NCBI GenBank assembly: GCA_013204395.1
Contig: JABMNZ010000002.1
Coordinates: forward strand, 1 to 58,951
Origin: Parcubacteria group bacterium
Lineage (GTDB): Bacteria; Patescibacteriota; Patescibacteriia; UBA9934; GWF2-40-263
Direction of reading: 5' to 3'
DNA: 58,951 bases
Below, in pieces: positions 53,987-58,951 of the stretch (positions are counted from its first letter, which is position 1; every line of letters begins with the position of its first letter). Under the pieces are notes generated by a model. It saw only the letters and a program-made list of their open reading frames with translations. It was not told the DNA's origin and did no database searches. A program made the position numbers and the translations under genes.

Positions 53987-55807
53987 TTAGACTTCTATGA
54001 TCACTGGGAGGATCATTGGGCGGCGTTCTGTTCGTTTGAACAAGAGTTTGCCTACCTTGTCTCTGATCTGGTCGCGGATGTATTTAGGATCTGCGGCAGA
54101 TTTTTTGTCGGTTTCCTCAGTAACTTTTTTGATCAAGTCACGTGTGTCGGAGATGAGTTTTTGATTATCCTGCATCATGACAAACCCTCGACTAACAATG
54201 TCTGGGCTGCCAAATAGTTTGCCTGTCTTTTTCTCAATCTTCACGATCACGACAACCATACCTTCTTCTGCCATATGGTTTCTGTCACGCAATACGACCT
54301 GTGATACGTCGCCCACTCCAAGTCCATCTACAAAGACGTACTCAGTCGGGACCTTCTCATTAGTCTGGCGTCCGCCATCTTTCCAGAATTCCATTACCTG
54401 TCCGTTGTCTGAGACAAACACATGTTCTTCGTCCCATCCCATGGAGTAAGCCACAGAAGCGTTTTCACGCAATAGGAAGTGGTTTCCTTCGATAGGTACG
54501 TAGTACTTTGGTTTGAATAGAGCCAACATTAGTTTGATGTCTTCCTTTTTGGCGTGGCCACCTGCGTGTACATCCATCATTTGATAGTGCACAACCTTTG
54601 CGCGCTTTCTATAAACGGTGTCCATGAGCCTCTGCACAGAAGCTTCGTTTCCAGGAATAACCGATGAAGAAAAGATCACTGTGTCGGTTTTCCTAATTTG
54701 GACGCTGCGGTGCTCTCCGTTAGCAATACGGTTTAAAGCAGCACGTTTTTCTCCCTGGGCTCCAGTACAGATAAGGATGACTTTGTCGTCAGGATAGTTA
54801 TCCATCTGTTCTGGTTTGATAAGGGTAGATAGTTTGCATTGGATGAAGCCAAGTTCTTTGGCGATCTCTACGTTTGTACGCATTGAGAAGCCGTCGATGG
54901 CAACTTTCTTTCCAAGTCTTTCTGAGATTTCAATGAGCTGTTTCACACGAGCTAGAAGGGAAGCAAAGGTTCCAACGATCACACGCCCCTCTGCTTTTTC
55001 TAGAATTCGTTCCAACTCTTCGCCAATGACCCTTTCAGATACTTGGTGCCCTTCACGGTTGGCGTTTGTTGAGTCTCCCATCAGACAGAGTACGCCCTCT
55101 TTTCCAAGAGCAGCGATTTGCTGGAAATCCGCGTGTTCTGTGCCAGAAGGGTGGAAGTCAAACTTCCAGTCACCTGTGTGACAGACACGACCAACTGGTG
55201 TGTCGATCACAATCCCCACTGAGTCAGGGATGTTGTGGTTGATGTGGAAGAAAGAAACGGTGAAGCTTCCAAGCTTTAGTACGTCGGTGGCTTTTGTCAC
55301 CTTTAGGTTCAGCTTCTTAGTGTGGAAGTCTTCTTGGCGACGCTTGATGATGGCCGCTGAAACAGGGAGCGCGTAAATTGGTGGGTTACCAATGTTTGGC
55401 ACCGTGTGGGGGATTGCCCCGATGTGGTCATAGTGACCATGAGTGATAATGACACCACGAATATTTTTTTCCTTACCCTTAAGGTATGTCATGTTGGGGA
55501 TAATGTAGTCTACTCCCGGCATGTTTTCTTCTGGAAACTCCAGGCCCATGTCAACGATGATGATGTCGTTCTTATATTCAATCAGCGTACAGTTGCGACC
55601 AACTTCTTCCAGGCCTCCAAGAACGATAATTCGTAACTTGTCGCCACTAGGAGATTTAATTGTTTGCACGCGTGGTTGGTGTTGTGGTCGGTTTGGTGTG
55701 TGTGGCTTCTTAGGGGCATCTTTAGAACGAAAAACTCGTCCTTTATGCTTGGACTGCACGCCACCTTTCTGGGTTTGTGGGCGCGGTGTAGGTTTTTTTG
55801 TAACCAT
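53987..55807 (-). CDS. rnj: Ribonuclease J
   Basis: LGGLEEVGRN, THGHYDHIG, HTGDWK, HAGGH. Confidence 0.96.
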   Translation of the reverse strand: MVTKKPTPRPQTQKGGVQSKHKGRVFRSKDAPKKPHTPNRPQHQPRVQTIKSPSGDKLRIIVLGGLEEVGRNCTLIEYKNDIIIVDMGLEFPEENMPGVDYIIPNMTYLKGKEKNIRGVIITHGHYDHIGAIPHTVPNIGNPPIYALPVSAAIIKRRQEDFHTKKLNLKVTKATDVLKLGSFTVSFFHINHNIPDSVGIVIDTPVGRVCHTGDWKFDFHPSGTEHADFQQIAALGKEGVLCLMGDSTNANREGHQVSERVIGEELERILEKAEGRVIVGTFASLLARVKQLIEISERLGKKVAIDGFSMRTNVEIAKELGFIQCKLSTLIKPEQMDNYPDDKVILICTGAQGEKRAALNRIANGEHRSVQIRKTDTVIFSSSVIPGNEASVQRLMDTVYRKRAKVVHYQMMDVHAGGHAKKEDIKLMLALFKPKYYVPIEGNHFLLRENASVAYSMGWDEEHVFVSDNGQVMEFWKDGGRQTNEKVPTEYVFVDGLGVGDVSQVVLRDRNHMAEEGMVVVIVKIEKKTGKLFGSPDIVSRGFVMMQDNQKLISDTRDLIKKVTEETDKKSAADPKYIRDQIRDKVGKLLFKRTERRPMILPVIIEV

Positions 55808-55984
55808 AAAAAATAATAGGTTGTTTGGTAGTTAATAATATATTCAATTGTGAAAGAACGTGTTTCAGCCGTGCAATCGCTTTGCTATAGCGCTGGCTGG
55901 AATCTCTCTCCATTAGACGGACGTGATCTTTTTGATCCGGCCGCATGTTGCAGCAGGACTGAAAAGGGCACGTACCTGTACACA

Positions 55985-56069
55985 TGGTGGGCGAGGGGGG
56001 ACTCGAACCCCCACGAGGTAACCTCACTACGCTCTGAACGTAACGCGTCTACCATTCCGCCACTCACCC
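55985..56069 (-). tRNA. tRNA-Leu(CAG), CCA encoded
   Basis: GGGTGAGTGGCGGAATGGTAGACGCGTTACGTTCAGAGCGTAG..GGTTCGAGTCCCCCCTCGCCCACCA; long variable arm. Confidence 0.95.
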
Positions 56070-56085
56070 AATATGTGGACAGGTG

Positions 56086-57930
56086 TTATCGTAACGCCTT
56101 CTTTGTTTTGATGTACCAATCACTTATATTTGTGAATCGGTCTGCTGGACTGGTGATAGTTTGAATTGGCTCTAATGTAATTTTTTTTGCCACAGCTGCG
56201 CTGTAACGGGAGCGGTATAGAAACACGGCTGGTAGGTCTTTGGCAAGAAGTTCTTGAAATTGTATATATTTTTCTGCACGAACCGCGTCATCTGTTTCTG
56301 TTCGAGCTTCTTCTAGAAGTGTGTCTACATCATCATTCTCGTAGTTTACCAGATTCAGGCCCAGACCATTGCCTTGGCTTGAATGCCAGAACGGATATGG
56401 ATCTGGATCAGCTTGTAGCATTACTGATGTAAGTAGCATCTCAAAGTTTTGTGGCTCGATAACTTCTGAGAGCATGAGTTCTGCTGGTATTAGCGCGAGC
56501 TCGATATTGATTCCGATGTTGAGCAAGTCCTCTTTTATGCGTTCTGCGACTACTTTCATCTCTGATGAGTCGACAGTTGTAAGGGTTAATGAAAGCGCTG
56601 CTGGATCAGAGGAAGTCTCTTCCCCTGAGTCTTCCTTAGAAAGTTCTTCTACAAGACTATTTTTCAATTCGCGCATTCCAGTCAAGATATTTGCACGATA
56701 ACCGGCTTCAGTTAGATTGGACTGTGAAAGATCTGGGTCTAAGACGACCGTGAACCCTTCGTTGTATCCCAGCATTCCATTTAAGATCGGGCCATGGATG
56801 ATCTCTGCGTACCCATCGTGGAGTTCATCGACAATAGCCTGCTTGTTGATAGCTTCGGATATGGCCGTGCGTACGACCAGATCACCTAGAGCTGGGCTGA
56901 GTGTCTGGTTCAAATATAAGTTGGTTTCACGTGGAAGCTGTGGTGTGAGTAGCTGGACGTTTTTATTCTCTTCTACTTGGACAAGATTATCGTAACTGAC
57001 AATACTTGCACCCTCTACATTTTTATTTCCAAGGGCTTCAGTCAGAGCATTCACGTCAGAGTAAAATTTAAAGGTAAGGGTTTCAATGAATGGGGGTTGA
57101 AAATAGTAATCTTCGTTGCGTGTCAGGCTGTAACTTCGTACGGATCCTTTCTTATCTTTTGTGAACTCGTGAAATTTATATGGCCCAGTCCCAATCGGCT
57201 GAAGGTTGAGGGCGGCCAGGGGAACATTTTGTGGGAGCACATCCGCCCAGAGACTTGCGGGTAGAATGCCGACCGTTAAATGCTGCAAGAAAGGAGCGAA
57301 TGGTTCGTCTAAGATGAACGAAACGGTTTTGTCATTTTCTTGCACAACCGTAACTCCTTGAAAGTTAACAGCTAAAGGACTTCGATAGCTAGACGTTTGG
57401 ATGGCATTGATGGTGAATAGGATGTCGCGAGCTCGAACCTCTTCCCCGTTGTGGAAGCGCGCCTCGTCGCGGATGGTAAACGTGTAAACCGTTTTGTCTT
57501 CGTTGATCAGAATGTCGCTTGCAAGATCCGGGATAAACGATCCCTCACCGTCCCAGCGGACAAGTCCTGAATAGACAAGTCTTGATATGTCTTGATCCAC
57601 GTCATTCGTGGATGCATACAGGGGGTTGATGAATTGAGGCTCTCCAACAAGTCCTTCGGTGTATTCTCCACCGACGGCTGGAATTTCAATACGGTGAGCG
57701 GCTAAATATCCAATCGTACTAACACAAAAAGATAGCACTAGTACGATCAAGGCACTCCCCACTATTCGTTTTTCAGAGATAGAGAGGATGCTTGGAAGTT
57801 GTTTCCACTGTCGCCAACTTGGAAGCATGTGGGTTTTAGAAACGGAAAGGACCTGGCGCATCGTCAGATCTTTGACGGAGTCAGTTTTCTTTCCTGTTAA
57901 CTGTCTGAAGAATGTACGTATGTCTGGCAC
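56086..57930 (-). CDS. Peptide ABC transporter substrate-binding protein (family 5)
   Basis: GGEYTEGLVG, LVYSGL, PDLA, PIGTGPY, YPFWHSSQ. Confidence 0.92.
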   Translation of the reverse strand: MPDIRTFFRQLTGKKTDSVKDLTMRQVLSVSKTHMLPSWRQWKQLPSILSISEKRIVGSALIVLVLSFCVSTIGYLAAHRIEIPAVGGEYTEGLVGEPQFINPLYASTNDVDQDISRLVYSGLVRWDGEGSFIPDLASDILINEDKTVYTFTIRDEARFHNGEEVRARDILFTINAIQTSSYRSPLAVNFQGVTVVQENDKTVSFILDEPFAPFLQHLTVGILPASLWADVLPQNVPLAALNLQPIGTGPYKFHEFTKDKKGSVRSYSLTRNEDYYFQPPFIETLTFKFYSDVNALTEALGNKNVEGASIVSYDNLVQVEENKNVQLLTPQLPRETNLYLNQTLSPALGDLVVRTAISEAINKQAIVDELHDGYAEIIHGPILNGMLGYNEGFTVVLDPDLSQSNLTEAGYRANILTGMRELKNSLVEELSKEDSGEETSSDPAALSLTLTTVDSSEMKVVAERIKEDLLNIGINIELALIPAELMLSEVIEPQNFEMLLTSVMLQADPDPYPFWHSSQGNGLGLNLVNYENDDVDTLLEEARTETDDAVRAEKYIQFQELLAKDLPAVFLYRSRYSAAVAKKITLEPIQTITSPADRFTNISDWYIKTKKALR

Positions 57931-57933
57931 AGA

Positions 57934-58155
57934 TTAGATCAGTGCATTTGCGAGCGCTACGGCAAAAAATAAAATGGCGAGAATGACTGTAAGCTGAAAC
58001 AGTTTTTTCTCTGCGCCGCGCTTTGTGCGGTAGACATTGCCACCACCCCCGAAGGCAGCACCAAGGCCTGTTCCACTTGCTTGTACCATTATAGCGGTTA
58101 CGAGCAGGATAGCGAGCACGATTTGAGCGATATTGAAAACAAGATCCAAATTCAT
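57934..58155 (-). CDS. secG: Preprotein translocase subunit SecG
   Basis: IMVQASGTGLGAAFGG..TKRGAEKKLFQLT. Confidence 0.93.
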   Translation of the reverse strand: MNLDLVFNIAQIVLAILLVTAIMVQASGTGLGAAFGGGGNVYRTKRGAEKKLFQLTVILAILFFAVALANALI

Positions 58156-58204
58156 AGTCGTCTATTACTAACGCACGGAAGGCTATCAGTTTTTGCTTGT
58201 TACG

Positions 58205-58327
58205 TCAATCCTTACGCTTGGGAGTCCGTTTCATCCCTTTCCCAGACATGCGCATTTTCGGCGTACGTTTTTTTATTCTCCGAGCGCTACGTTTTTCCTC
58301 CTTCTGCTGTTGATGAGAGTCCTCCAT
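58205..58327 (-). CDS. Small highly basic protein (40 aa)
   Basis: AGGAGG SD; MEDSHQQQKEEKRSARRIKKRTPKMRMSGKGMKRTPKRKD. Confidence 0.5.
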   Translation of the reverse strand: MEDSHQQQKEEKRSARRIKKRTPKMRMSGKGMKRTPKRKD

Positions 58328-58359
58328 ATAGATACCTCCTATGATATACTTTTTCTTAT

Positions 58360-58951
58360 ATGGAGACCATACAAAGCGATGAGCATGTTCACAGGGCTCG
58401 GAGTTGGGTTGCCACAATTGTGACAGTGATCCTCTTAGCTCTTCTTTCTGTTTTTGTTTGGCGCGTGCTGCATTACGTGAATCTCATTAAGTCAGGAGAG
58501 TTATCTTCCGGGAGTTATAATTTTACAGAAAGCTTTACCACCTCTATAGATCTTGCCTCACAGCCAGTCCGTGATGGAACCATCGATGTGGTCACGAGCG
58601 ATGATCCTTCTCTTGGTAATCCCTCTGCACCGGTCAAGATTGTGGAGTTCGCTGATTTCCAATGCCCCTACTCAAAAGAGGCGAGTTCCACTCTTCGTGA
58701 GTTGGCTTTGAAATATCCAAACGAGGTGTATTACGTCTACAGAGATTTTCCTTTGACTGAGATTCATCCTCTTTCTCAGAAGGCAGCGGAGGCAGGAGAG
58801 TGTGCAGATGATCAAGGAAAGTTTTGGGAGTATCACGATAAGCTTTATCAGAATCAGTCACGGTTAGACGATGATTCATTTGTTCAATTCGCCATGCAGT
58901 TGAATATGAACGTTAAACGTTTTGAAGGATGCCTTAGCTCTGGTCAGCATA
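58360..58951 (+). CDS. DsbA-family thioredoxin-fold protein, partial (runs off window)
   Basis: Manual translation: TM, then LGNPSAPVKIVEFADFQCPYS..YRDFPL..HP..AAEAGECA..QGKFWEYHD. Confidence 0.9.
   Translation, partial: METIQSDEHVHRARSWVATIVTVILLALLSVFVWRVLHYVNLIKSGELSSGSYNFTESFTTSIDLASQPVRDGTIDVVTSDDPSLGNPSAPVKIVEFADFQCPYSKEASSTLRELALKYPNEVYYVYRDFPLTEIHPLSQKAAEAGECADDQGKFWEYHDKLYQNQSRLDDDSFVQFAMQLNMNVKRFEGCLSSGQH

Overview
Fragment of a small-genome bacterium, most likely Patescibacteria/CPR (Parcubacteria, Uhrbacteria-like). This is inferred from the gene families: type-2 IleRS, TrmB, DUF4012, Gmad2, CPR-type surface repeats, split transketolase. Standard code 11 fits, since TGA terminates many clear genes. 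The AT-richer core backbone encodes a pentose-phosphate/sugar cluster, ileS, ruvA, FemAB, an archaeal-type FBP aldolase/phosphatase, three GT4 enzymes plus a sugar transferase, trpS, RNase J and secG. It also carries tRNA-Ala(TGC), tRNA-Leu(CAG) and a long RNase P RNA. Interspersed are visibly GC-richer accessory cassettes with their own TTGACA-17-TAnnnT promoters and Shine-Dalgarno (SD) sites. The best candidate for an undescribed system is 21.5-25.4 kb. There, back-to-back promoters drive ORF-free RNA, including two tandem ~580-nt units whose helices covary. These are followed by a small NLTQH protein and by a DIP1984-like coiled-coil gene whose 3' non-coding RNA holds a strict 7-nt-period tract, the cassette being bracketed by a duplicated 37-bp palindrome. 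Also notable: both tRNAs have leader/trailer complementarity extending the acceptor stem by ~15 bp, and a hairpin repeat family sits just downstream of terminators. No CRISPR array, reverse transcriptase, transposase or integrase was seen. All family calls are by motif recognition; no searches were run.
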